This document shows, one piece after another, positions 25,788-38,455 of a DNA stretch of 64,000 bases. The stretch is taken from the NCBI GenBank assembly GCA_937121005.1, contig CAKZKB010000529.1, positions 48,784 through 112,783 of the forward strand, read 5' to 3'. Source of the DNA: an uncultured cyanobacterium. Lineage in GTDB: Bacteria > Cyanobacteriota > Cyanobacteriia > Cyanobacteriales > Geitlerinemataceae. Below the pieces are notes generated by a model. That model was given only the letters and a program-made list of their open reading frames with translations. It searched no databases and was not told the origin of the DNA. The translations under genes were made by a program, and so were the position numbers. Each line of letters opens with the position of its first letter. Position 1 is the stretch's first letter.

Positions 25788-28700
25788 ATGCCAGTGTTGA
25801 GGATCCGCTTCTATCCTTCTATCTGTCGGAAGGGGCAGTTTTTACGGCGATCGCCCTGGTTGTTAACAAAAATTAACCTCAGTGAGAATGCCAGATGTCT
25901 GCTTGGTGTCTGGAGATGCAGGAGTAGGGGTCTGTTAGGGATATTCGGTAGCTGGCTGTCGATGGCCCCTCGCGCTTCGGCACAACTGGTTCCCGATGGA
26001 ACGTTGGGGCCAGAAAGCTCTATCGTGGTTCCGGCTGTGGAAATTAACGGCACGGACAGCGATCGCATCGATGGCGGTGCGCTACGCGGTGGCAATTTAT
26101 TTCATAGCTTTGAGGAGTTTAACATCGACAATGGCAGAGGCGCTTACTTTACCAATCCCCCAGGAGTTGAAAATATTCTCACTCGCGTCACGGGTAACAA
26201 TCCCTCGAATCTTCTCGGGACGCTGGGCATTCTCGGCGATGCAGATTTGTTTTTTATCAATCCCAATGGCATTGTTTTCGGGACGAATGCTCGCTTAGAT
26301 TTGGGAGGATCCTTTTTAGCCTCGACAGCAGATAGCTTTGTATTCGATAGTGGATTTGAGTTTAGTTCCAGTAATCTGCAAGCACCGCCATTGTTGATAA
26401 CAGACTTACCCATCGGTTTGCGGTTTCGAGACAATCCGGGGAGTATTATCAATCGATCGCAACCCGGTTTAGCATTAGAGCCGGGGAACAGTTTCGCTTT
26501 CGTCGGTGGCGATCTGTTGTTTGACAATGGAGGAGCGATCGTACCGGGAGGCGCGATCGCACTTGCCAGTCTCGTATCGGGAGAAGTTGGGATCGATATC
26601 GCTGATGGTAGAATCGCGATCGCGGATTTTGATGTCTTGAATGCTGGCAATATTTCTTTTTCGGGTGATGCGATCGTCAGTAGTAGTGGCGATCGTAGTG
26701 GTACAATTCACATTCGCGGTGGAGATGTGAGATTGCGCGATCGATCTCGGATTGAGTCGGTGACGCAAAATGAAAATGGCGGCGATATTGTTGTTGAGTC
26801 TAACAATTTATCTTTGCGGCAGCGATCGGTCATTTTAACGGGAACGGAAGGTGCAGGAAATGGTGGGAATTTGACGATTGATGGTCGTAACGCGATCGAT
26901 CTGATTGGTATGGGAGAAACATTGGATTTTGTTGAAAATATACTGCTGTTGGTTTTCCAGCTTTCAGATCTTGGCAATTCAACAGACAACATCGATCTGG
27001 ACACAATAGGTGTCAACTTGAACGCGATTGGTAGTTTTGATAGTGGTCTATATTCTGTCACAGTTGCGAGTGGTGAGGGAGGCGATTTAAGCATTCAAAC
27101 TCCGGACTTGAATATTCGCGATAGTATGATGGTGGGAGCATTCACGATTCTAGGAAGTGGTAGAGGAGGAGATATTTCTCTTCTTGTCCCTGGATACATT
27201 AGAATCATAGGTAACGCAGAAGAATTTTCAGCGAATTTTTTCAGTACAAGTATCTTAAGAACTCAAGAAGTCAATGAGGTGAGAAATGACTTATTAGCTG
27301 CGATTAGCGCAGGTGTATTCTCTGTAAATTTAGGAAGTCACGCTAATTCAGGAGATTCTACGATCGTAAGTGAAGTGTTGATCGTGCAAAAGGGTAGTTC
27401 TATTGCAAATTTTTCCATCTTTGGTGTAGGAGACACTGGCGATTTAAATATTCACCTGACAGAGGAATTAGACCTTGAGTATAGAACTAATGTAATTAGT
27501 TTAGCTTTTGGTGCGGCAGACGCTGGCAATGTACAGATATCGGCTCCCCAAATTAGCCTAATAGCCAGATCCGACATTGGAACGGGTACAGTTGGATCTG
27601 GAAATGCAGGAAATGTTAATATTATAACAGATCGCCTGTTAGTAGGTAGTAATTCTATCGTATCCGGTTCAGCAAGCATTAATATTGTAGAAAATGATAT
27701 GTTAGTATTAGGAAGCGAGTCTGCGGGGTCTTTAACGATCAGTGCAGCAGACTCGATTGAACTTATTGATAAAGGATCTTTGTTTGCTCAAAGTCGTGGC
27801 GAATCTGATGCTGGAAATATCACTATTAACACTCAACGCTTCGTTATTCAAGCTGGAGGTAGCACTCAAGGGGGAATTTCCACTGCAACACTTGGGCCAG
27901 GAGTGGGAGGGAACGTAACGATTAATGCTACAGAGTCAGTAGAATTTATTGGTTTTATTGACGATCGAGTTCCTAAACTTCCTTTTGCATTAGAAAATAT
28001 TCTGCAACTTTTGAGTGAAGAGCGTCAAAGGTTTATAGGAATTGCTACGGTTTCCTTGACCGGCGGAGATGGGGGAGATGTTACTATTAACACTAGGCGA
28101 CTTGAAGTTCGCGATCGTGCAGGTATTGTCACATCAACTTTGGGAACTGGAAGAAGCGGTCAAATAATAGTTAATGCTGAAGAAAGTATCCTTATTGATG
28201 GTACTTCTGCATTAGCAACCCTAACTTTGGGAGAAGGCGAAGCTGGAGAGCTAAGTTTAACGACTGAAACTTTGGAATTAGTGAATGGCGGATTAATTTC
28301 TGTAGATACACTTTTTGTTGAAAATCTTGCTATTGTTATCGATTTAGTTAATAATTTCCGTCAATCGTTCGACCCTGGACGTGTAGGAGCAGGTAACGCT
28401 AGTGATATTACAATTATAGCCGATCGCGTTGAATTATCTGGAGGCGCACGCATTAGTGCAGCGACAGGTAATAACACAACGGGAGTGGGGGGAACGGTTA
28501 CGATCGTCGCTCGAGATAGTGTTGACATTACTGGAGACTCTATCAATGCTAACATTTCTAGCAATATTTCTGCGGAAACCAACGGAGCGGGTAATGCAGG
28601 AAACCTAGTTTTACAAACATCGTCGTTTTCGATTCGAGATGGTGGTAGAATTATCGTCAGTGGAACGAGTAGCGGGAGTGCAGGCAATATCGACATTGAT

Positions 28701-29525
28701 GCGGACTCAACCCGCTTGGATCGAGGAACGATCGCTTCCGAAACGCGATCGGGACAGGGAAATATCAACCTGCGATCGCAGGATTTAGTCATGAACGATC
28801 GTAGCAACATTACCACCAATGCGTTTGCAGATGCCCCCAGTGGTAATATCAACATCGATACGGGAGTCTTAGTTGGAATCGACAATAGCGACATTACCAC
28901 CAACGCCGAACGCGGTCAGGCGGGGCAAATTCAAGTGACTGCTGATGGTATTTTGGGGATTCGACTGCGAACTCGTAGCGAACTGCAACAACTATTGGGA
29001 TCTGAAAACCTTTCAGTCGTTAGTCCCAACTTTCTCGATACCAGCGACATCACCGCCATATCAGTCCAAGACGCACAACTCGACGGACAAACGATTTTCA
29101 ATACTCCCGATGTTGACAGCACCGAAGGGATTCTCGAACTGCCCGAAAACGTTGTCGATCCGAGCGAACTGGTGTCTCAAAACCCCTGTATTCAAGGAGG
29201 AAATAGCGAGTTTACCGATATCGGACGTGGTGGTTTGCCTGTTAACCCGGAAGAACTGGCAACGAGTAGCAATATAGAAGCTGAATGGATCGATCCGGTC
29301 GAACCCACAGAACCGCCATCTCCACCCGCAGCGATCGTCCTTGAAGATGAGGAAATAATTCCGGCTCGAGGGTGGGTGTTCTTTGAGGACGGTACGGTGA
29401 GGCTAACTTCTCACTTGACTCCAGAAACGCAGCCGATGGGGGGGAGTCGAGAAGCATCAAATGAAGCGGCCGCCCACTGCATAGGCAGCCGCTCGGTGTC
29501 TACTCTCGGACGTGAGGGCAGGTGA
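25788..29525 (+). CDS. TpsA3: filamentous-haemagglutinin-type TPS exoprotein (start codon uncertain)
   Basis: ASAQLVPDGTLG, NLFHSFEEFNI and DLFFINPNGIVFGTNARL are present. Beta-helix repeats follow. It carries the conserved C-terminal module FNTPDVDSTEGILELPE...NPC...IIPARGW. Confidence 0.85.
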   Translation: MPVLRIRFYPSICRKGQFLRRSPWLLTKINLSENARCLLGVWRCRSRGLLGIFGSWLSMAPRASAQLVPDGTLGPESSIVVPAVEINGTDSDRIDGGALRGGNLFHSFEEFNIDNGRGAYFTNPPGVENILTRVTGNNPSNLLGTLGILGDADLFFINPNGIVFGTNARLDLGGSFLASTADSFVFDSGFEFSSSNLQAPPLLITDLPIGLRFRDNPGSIINRSQPGLALEPGNSFAFVGGDLLFDNGGAIVPGGAIALASLVSGEVGIDIADGRIAIADFDVLNAGNISFSGDAIVSSSGDRSGTIHIRGGDVRLRDRSRIESVTQNENGGDIVVESNNLSLRQRSVILTGTEGAGNGGNLTIDGRNAIDLIGMGETLDFVENILLLVFQLSDLGNSTDNIDLDTIGVNLNAIGSFDSGLYSVTVASGEGGDLSIQTPDLNIRDSMMVGAFTILGSGRGGDISLLVPGYIRIIGNAEEFSANFFSTSILRTQEVNEVRNDLLAAISAGVFSVNLGSHANSGDSTIVSEVLIVQKGSSIANFSIFGVGDTGDLNIHLTEELDLEYRTNVISLAFGAADAGNVQISAPQISLIARSDIGTGTVGSGNAGNVNIITDRLLVGSNSIVSGSASINIVENDMLVLGSESAGSLTISAADSIELIDKGSLFAQSRGESDAGNITINTQRFVIQAGGSTQGGISTATLGPGVGGNVTINATESVEFIGFIDDRVPKLPFALENILQLLSEERQRFIGIATVSLTGGDGGDVTINTRRLEVRDRAGIVTSTLGTGRSGQIIVNAEESILIDGTSALATLTLGEGEAGELSLTTETLELVNGGLISVDTLFVENLAIVIDLVNNFRQSFDPGRVGAGNASDITIIADRVELSGGARISAATGNNTTGVGGTVTIVARDSVDITGDSINANISSNISAETNGAGNAGNLVLQTSSFSIRDGGRIIVSGTSSGSAGNIDIDADSTRLDRGTIASETRSGQGNINLRSQDLVMNDRSNITTNAFADAPSGNINIDTGVLVGIDNSDITTNAERGQAGQIQVTADGILGIRLRTRSELQQLLGSENLSVVSPNFLDTSDITAISVQDAQLDGQTIFNTPDVDSTEGILELPENVVDPSELVSQNPCIQGGNSEFTDIGRGGLPVNPEELATSSNIEAEWIDPVEPTEPPSPPAAIVLEDEEIIPARGWVFFEDGTVRLTSHLTPETQPMGGSREASNEAAAHCIGSRSVSTLGREGR

Positions 29526-29640
29526 TGGTTCCATCTTCGGTCTCTGTACTGCACGGCTCAGCCGCGATCGCCCCAGTAGCGGTGGCGGCGACGATGGCGG
29601 TGAGGAGTGCGAGGGCGACGAGGCGAAGGCTGTTGGTCAT
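29500..29640 (-). CDS. Small secreted Cys peptide (46 aa; below the ORF-track cutoff), paralogue of 10914..11114
   Basis: I translated it by hand: MTNSLRLVALALLTAIVAATATGAIAAEPCSTETEDGTITCPHVRE*. A GGAGGA sits 4 nt upstream of the ATG. It overlaps the tpsA3 3' end by 26 nt on the opposite strand. Confidence 0.4.
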   Translation of the reverse strand: MTNSLRLVALALLTAIVAATATGAIAAEPCSTETEDGTITCPHVRE

Positions 29641-29692
29641 GGTTCCTCCAGGGGGGTAGCGACCACAAAGAAGAACCTCGTCGCTCTTGCGA

Positions 29693-29748
29693 GAATTCAG
29701 AGTTCAGAAGTCAGAAGTCAGAAGTCAGAAGTCAGAGTTTTGTTTTTC
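29693..29748. repeat. STRR-like tandem heptamer repeat (GAATTCAGAGTTCAGAAGTCAGAAGTCAGAAGTCAGAAGTCAGAGTT)
   Basis: AGAAGTC occurs four times in tandem, flanked by TTCAGAG units. Confidence 0.9.
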
Positions 29749-29916
29749 TCCATTGCTCTATGTTTCTACGATAGAGGCAAGTCTGCTAAACTGTCTAAGT
29801 TTTTATGCGAATGACTGTAAATGCTTTGCATACAATCAATTTAGCCAATCGCATCAGTAACTTTACTTGCAGGGTATCGACACTTAGAATAGAGACATTT
29901 CCTCTCTAGAGCGCCC

Positions 29917-31974
29917 ATGCTGTGTCACTGTCTGGTAGGATTGCCCGGAAGCGGCAAAACCACCTTCGCCCGCCAGTGGAGCCACCGCGACTCCACCCAC
30001 ACCGTCGTCTCCACCGATGCCATTCGCGCCCGACTCTACGGCGACGAGTCGGTTCTGGGGAACTGGAGCGAAATCGAAGCTGAAGTCGTCAAACAGATCG
30101 AAGCGGCGATCGCCTCCGGGAAGTCGGTGATTTACGATGCCACTAACGCCAAGCGATCGTGGCGACTGGCCTTTATCCAAAATGTTAAAGTCCTAGCCCC
30201 AGATGTCGATTGGATGGCGTGGTATCTCGACATTCCCATCTCTCGCTGCAAAGCGCGAAACCGCCAGCGTTCTCGCCAGGTTCCCCCCAAAGTCATCGAC
30301 GACATGGCGGCGGCGTTGAAAACCTTTCCCCCGCAAGCATCGGAAGGGTTTGTCGCTGTGACTTGCGTGCCGTTCGAGCGCAAAGGAAATGTCGATTTCG
30401 ATGCCGTTCAAAAAGCCATCGAGGATCTACCCCTGCGTCAGTCGCGACGCGATCGCCGCCATAGCGCCATCGAATGGCACGAGTACAGTTGCTTGCTCGA
30501 CTTCGAGCGCCTGCTGTATCTCATCGCCTTGTCGATCGAATATCCGGGAATTGGCAATTTAGACCGCGATACCTTGCAAGACATCTTTGGTGAAGAGGTG
30601 GAATTTGATACCGACATCGAAGAAATTGCCGCCTTGATTGGGAAGCAGTACGGTAATGTTTACAGCGATGCGGAAGCGCTCGTGAAAGATTTGGCATGGT
30701 TGCATGACAACGGCTTTTTCGGTGGGGAACTTAGCGATACACCCATCCATCTCGAAACCATCGAACCGTTCGATATTGCTCCCCATCGCTACAGCGATCG
30801 CCCTCCTTTTTTACGGTTGCTGACCATCGTTCGGTTTGTACTGCACTCGCCTTTAGAGCGACAAGCCGAAGAAAAGGTTCAAGATGCTTTGCTCGATCGC
30901 TTGCAGGAAACGGGACAATTAGAGTTTGAAACTCGAGATAATCTCAGAAAAGATATCCAGTTGGCACTCAAACCCTACGGACTGTTACCGGGACGGGTGT
31001 ATCGCCAGGGATACTTTCTGGGAACGGCAATTCTCAGCCCTCGAGAATTGAATCGCATTTATCAGTTAGCGCGATCGCAAGCGGCACATCTCGACGATTT
31101 GGTGGCTCTAGAAACCTGCGAACTGTTTCGAGACCGATTGGAACGATCGCGGTTGTTGGCTCCCGAAACTGAATATCCGTTACGGGTGTCCGGGACTCGT
31201 TCCATTGCCAATGTCGCTCGCCTTCCTAACGATGCCTTGCCCAAACAGATCGATCGTCTCGAGAGCGCGATCGAAACTGGAGAATTGTTAGAACTCAGCC
31301 GCCATCCCCAAAGCGCTCGCTTCCCTGGGGATACGGAGAAGTTGTTTTTAGTCTATCCGTTGCAGTTGGTGTTCCATCGCATCGCTTGGTACTTGGGGTT
31401 TGAGTGCGATTTCCCTCACCCCGGACTGTTGCGCTTTGAACGCCTCGATCGCCTGTTTTTATGTCGTTCCCCGAAACGGAAGCGGGGAATGAAAGTACAG
31501 TTGGCGGCAGTGAAGCGGTTGCAGTCTCTTTACCAATGCAGTGCCGGGATATTTTTAGGTAACTCGGTAGAAGACCAACGGTGCTATTTGAGTTCCGAAT
31601 CTGAAGCGGTAGAAGTAACGGTAGAATTGTGGTGTAACGATTATATTTTTGGATTTATCAGTGAGGGAACGCAACGGTTTCCTATTTCCCAAATGCAAAT
31701 GTCAGTCGCGGCGCTCCAATTCAGAGTTCAGAATTCAGAGTTCAGAAGTTTGAATTCTCGTGGGTTTCCCGATAAGTTATTTACAGCGAAGCCAACAGGA
31801 AATAAGGAGTTTCCCCATCGGTTTGTGGTGAAGTTACCTCGGTGGTCGTTACAAGATGTGGATTTGATTCGTTGGATTTTGGGATTTCAGGGGAACGTTA
31901 AGGTTGTTTCTCCGGTTGAATTACAGGAGAAGATAGGAGGGATTGCACAGATGATTGCAGCCAATTCTAAATAA
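29917..31974 (+). CDS. P-loop kinase (AAA_33 / polynucleotide-kinase-like) fused to an HTH-WYL regulator-like region
   Basis: The N-terminus has Walker A CLVGLPGSGKTTFA and YDATN. The middle has a wHTH-like segment (FERLLYLIALSIEYPG...DLAWLHDNGF). The C-terminal part has a WYL-like beta region (LVYPLQLVFHRIAWYLGFE...LRFERLDRL). Confidence 0.7.
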   Translation: MLCHCLVGLPGSGKTTFARQWSHRDSTHTVVSTDAIRARLYGDESVLGNWSEIEAEVVKQIEAAIASGKSVIYDATNAKRSWRLAFIQNVKVLAPDVDWMAWYLDIPISRCKARNRQRSRQVPPKVIDDMAAALKTFPPQASEGFVAVTCVPFERKGNVDFDAVQKAIEDLPLRQSRRDRRHSAIEWHEYSCLLDFERLLYLIALSIEYPGIGNLDRDTLQDIFGEEVEFDTDIEEIAALIGKQYGNVYSDAEALVKDLAWLHDNGFFGGELSDTPIHLETIEPFDIAPHRYSDRPPFLRLLTIVRFVLHSPLERQAEEKVQDALLDRLQETGQLEFETRDNLRKDIQLALKPYGLLPGRVYRQGYFLGTAILSPRELNRIYQLARSQAAHLDDLVALETCELFRDRLERSRLLAPETEYPLRVSGTRSIANVARLPNDALPKQIDRLESAIETGELLELSRHPQSARFPGDTEKLFLVYPLQLVFHRIAWYLGFECDFPHPGLLRFERLDRLFLCRSPKRKRGMKVQLAAVKRLQSLYQCSAGIFLGNSVEDQRCYLSSESEAVEVTVELWCNDYIFGFISEGTQRFPISQMQMSVAALQFRVQNSEFRSLNSRGFPDKLFTAKPTGNKEFPHRFVVKLPRWSLQDVDLIRWILGFQGNVKVVSPVELQEKIGGIAQMIAANSK
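31728..31757. repeat. STRR-like heptamer repeat embedded in frame in the kinase-WYL ORF
   Basis: AATTCAGAGTTCAGAATTCAGAGTTCAGAAGTTTGAATTC is translated as ...LQFRVQNSEFRSLNS... Confidence 0.85.
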
Positions 31975-32009
31975 TAAGATTGAGTCTTTCGGGTGGGGTT
32001 CTATTTTCC

Positions 32010-32345
32010 TCAAGCTACGCCATAGTCTGTGTATTGACGCTTATAAGGAGCTTGCAGTCCCAAAATGATATCCTCTCGCGGTACTCCCATTTCTACCAAA
32101 TCCTCGGCGGGATTGCAATCGGTCAGATTTTGCTGAAGCCAAATCTTGCCATCCTGTATATCTAAATGAACGAAACAATTGTACACTCGGTGTAGTTCTT
32201 GCCAGCCAACGTGCATCCATAAATATCGATCGCGCTGGCGATCGAAAACGAGTTCGACGTTTACACCTTCTGGTACTTTATCTCCTCGAGCGTACTGTTC
32301 CAGTAGTGACTCGATACAGTTTCGATAGTGTTCTAGTCGATCCAT
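32010..32345 (-). CDS. xisI: XisI protein
   Basis: HYRNCIESLLEQYA...VFDRQRDRYLWMHVGWQ...FVHLDIQDGKIWLQQNLTD is typical of XisI. Confidence 0.85.
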   Translation of the reverse strand: MDRLEHYRNCIESLLEQYARGDKVPEGVNVELVFDRQRDRYLWMHVGWQELHRVYNCFVHLDIQDGKIWLQQNLTDCNPAEDLVEMGVPREDIILGLQAPYKRQYTDYGVA

Positions 32346-32749
32346 TGAGCGATTTCCTCGGCGATGGGATGATAGACCAGTAGCGTTAAACCGTACTGTT
32401 GAATGGCTGATTTCGTAAAGCCTAGCTGGAAAAAAGACTCGTAGGTTTCTACTGGAACTGCCAAATACAGTCGGCGATCGGGTTCGACTTTCTCTAAGAC
32501 TAGGCGATAGCTTAGAAACTGACCGAGCGCTCCATAAAAATCTGTAATTGTTGATGGATTCAGAAAGCTCTTCACTTCCACCGCAATCTTCTCCGTTCCT
32601 CGCTCCGCTAACAAAACTCGCTCGGCAGCTAAGTCTATCTGGATTTTAACACCTCCATAGTTAAGCGGCAAGGGATCGTCGGTGATGCACCATTCCTGCT
32701 TTTCCAAGGCGCGTTTCACGCTTTCGTGAAAGAGATCCTTTGCCGCCAC
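32333..32749 (-). CDS. xisH: XisH protein
   Basis: MAAKDLFHESVKRALEKQEWCITDDPL...IDLAAERVLLAERGTEKIAVEVKSF is typical of XisH. It overlaps xisI by 13 nt. Confidence 0.85.
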   Translation of the reverse strand: MAAKDLFHESVKRALEKQEWCITDDPLPLNYGGVKIQIDLAAERVLLAERGTEKIAVEVKSFLNPSTITDFYGALGQFLSYRLVLEKVEPDRRLYLAVPVETYESFFQLGFTKSAIQQYGLTLLVYHPIAEEIAQWID

Positions 32750-32808
32750 CAGCGTACCTCACCCAAATTTACCAACCCTTACAGCTTACACTACCGTGAA
32801 GGCGATAA

Positions 32809-33628
32809 GTTTCCATTAGTTCAGCTTCGGGTGAAGCCGGAAGCAGTGTGGCTTCAATTAAACATCGGGACTATCTATTGTTTCCATTAGTTCAGCTTCG
32901 GGTGAAGCCGGAAGCGATCCCGTTCTGGCCTTAAACGGCGACTTGTTGTCCACGTTTCCATTAGTTCAGCTTCGGGTGAAGCCGGAAGCTTTCATGGCAA
33001 CAGCAAGCCATCCGGATTGCCGGAGTTTCCATTAGTTCAGCTTCGGGTGAAGCCGGAAGCTTTCACCCTGATTTACAAATGGCCTGGGACCTTCGTTTCC
33101 ATTAGTTCAGCTTCGGGTGAAGCCGGAAGCCTTACAAACCGATCAGCGTGAAGATACTGACCCTGTTTCCATTAGTTCAGCTTCGGGTGAAGCCGGAAGT
33201 TTTATTGCGTATAAATTTGCTTACTGGATTGAATGGTTTCCATTAGTTCAGCTTCGGGTGAAGCCGGAAGTCTCAAACATGGCGTGGAAAAACCGTTATT
33301 GCCAGTTTCCATTAGTTCAGCTTCGGGTGAAGCCGGAAGCACTACACAACTGATAATCCGCGGATCCAAAATGCCGTGTTTCCATTAGTTCAGCTTCGGG
33401 TGAAGCCGGAAGCAACAATCGCGACGATGTCGACATCAGTGGAAACAGTTTCCATTAGTTCAGCTTCGGGTGAAGCCGGAAGTTTAGTTATTGTGCTTCC
33501 AAGGGTCAGAAGCTTGTCTGCATTGTTTCCATTAGTTCAGCTTCGGGTGAAGCCGGAAGTCACAGATGAAGGCGGAAGTACTCTGACCTACGGGTTTCCA
33601 TTAGTTCAGCTTCGGGTGAAGCCGGAAG
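32809..33628 (-). CRISPR. CRISPR array 1: 12 repeats of 35 nt and 11 spacers of 34-42 nt; transcribed on the minus strand from the leader at 33629+
   Basis: The plus-strand repeat is GTTTCCATTAGTTCAGCTTCGGGTGAAGCCGGAAG. Repeats start at 32809, 32880, 32954, 33025, 33095, 33165, 33236, 33305, 33378, 33448, 33525 and 33594. Confidence 0.95.
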
Positions 33629-33880
33629 AGAGGGCTTGTGGAACCCTGTCCCTGAGTGCATTATACACACCCAAATCTGTTGGGGTCAAGAAAATGCCGA
33701 AATAACTAGAAATAATTCTCATTAAAACCTCATGCGAACGACTCAAAACCCAGGCCAGGAAAGGGAACGATCGGGGTCAACGGTAGAATGCGGGTTTCAG
33801 CCATTGCCCGACCCCCTCAGATTGTATCAAATGCTACAGCTTCCAGGTCATGGGACGGTAGACCTCCACCTCTCCCCTTC
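33629..33880 (-). promoter_or_regulatory. Leader of array 1 plus a cas1 3'-end remnant
   Basis: The reverse complement aligns over ~240 bp with 55826-56069 (cas1 3' end plus array 3 leader). The -10 TATAAT lies at 33660-33665 (minus strand) and the -35 TTGACC at 33684-33689. The remnant encodes GEVEVYRPMTWKL*. Confidence 0.7.
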
Positions 33881-33882
33881 GG

Positions 33883-33915
33883 GAATTCAGAGTTCAGAAT
33901 TCAGAATTCAGAGTT
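33883..33915. repeat. STRR-like heptamer repeat
   Basis: GAATTCAGAGTTCAGAATTCAGAATTCAGAGTT. Confidence 0.85.
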
Positions 33916-34094
33916 AGGAGAGCTAAGCGTAAAGTTTTATGACAAAAAGAGGCAATTTCCGTAAAAACAGCCCGTTTCCATAGATAGAAGGATAGAACCA
34001 AGCCAAAGACGAGTCAAATCTGTCATTCGCATAAAAAATCTTCGTCTTTGCCGGGGCTGCTGCTAGGTTAGAAAAGTCGCCATAGGGAGACCGA

Positions 34095-38454
<4,360 letters not shown>

Positions 38455-38455
38455 C

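Noticed and set aside
29512-29814. A plus-strand 100-aa ORF downstream of tpsA3
   Set aside because: It runs through the STRR heptamer repeat and is antisense to the better-supported 46-aa signal-peptide ORF, which has a strong Shine-Dalgarno.
32885-32953. A possible match between an array 1 spacer (…CCCGTTCTGGCCTTAAACGG…) and the segment after the orphan repeat (TAAACCGTTCTGGAAC, 44440-44459)
   Set aside because: Only about 9 contiguous nucleotides (CCGTTCTGG) are shared, which is compatible with chance. I found no convincing self-targeting spacer by eye.
33117-33705. ORFs 33117..33353 and 33376..33705 (and 56094..56300, 56396..56650, 56697..56885), which translate as ...FPLVQLRVKPE... repeats
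   Set aside because: They are read-through translations of CRISPR repeats. The periodic identical peptide comes from the 35-nt repeat, not from a gene.
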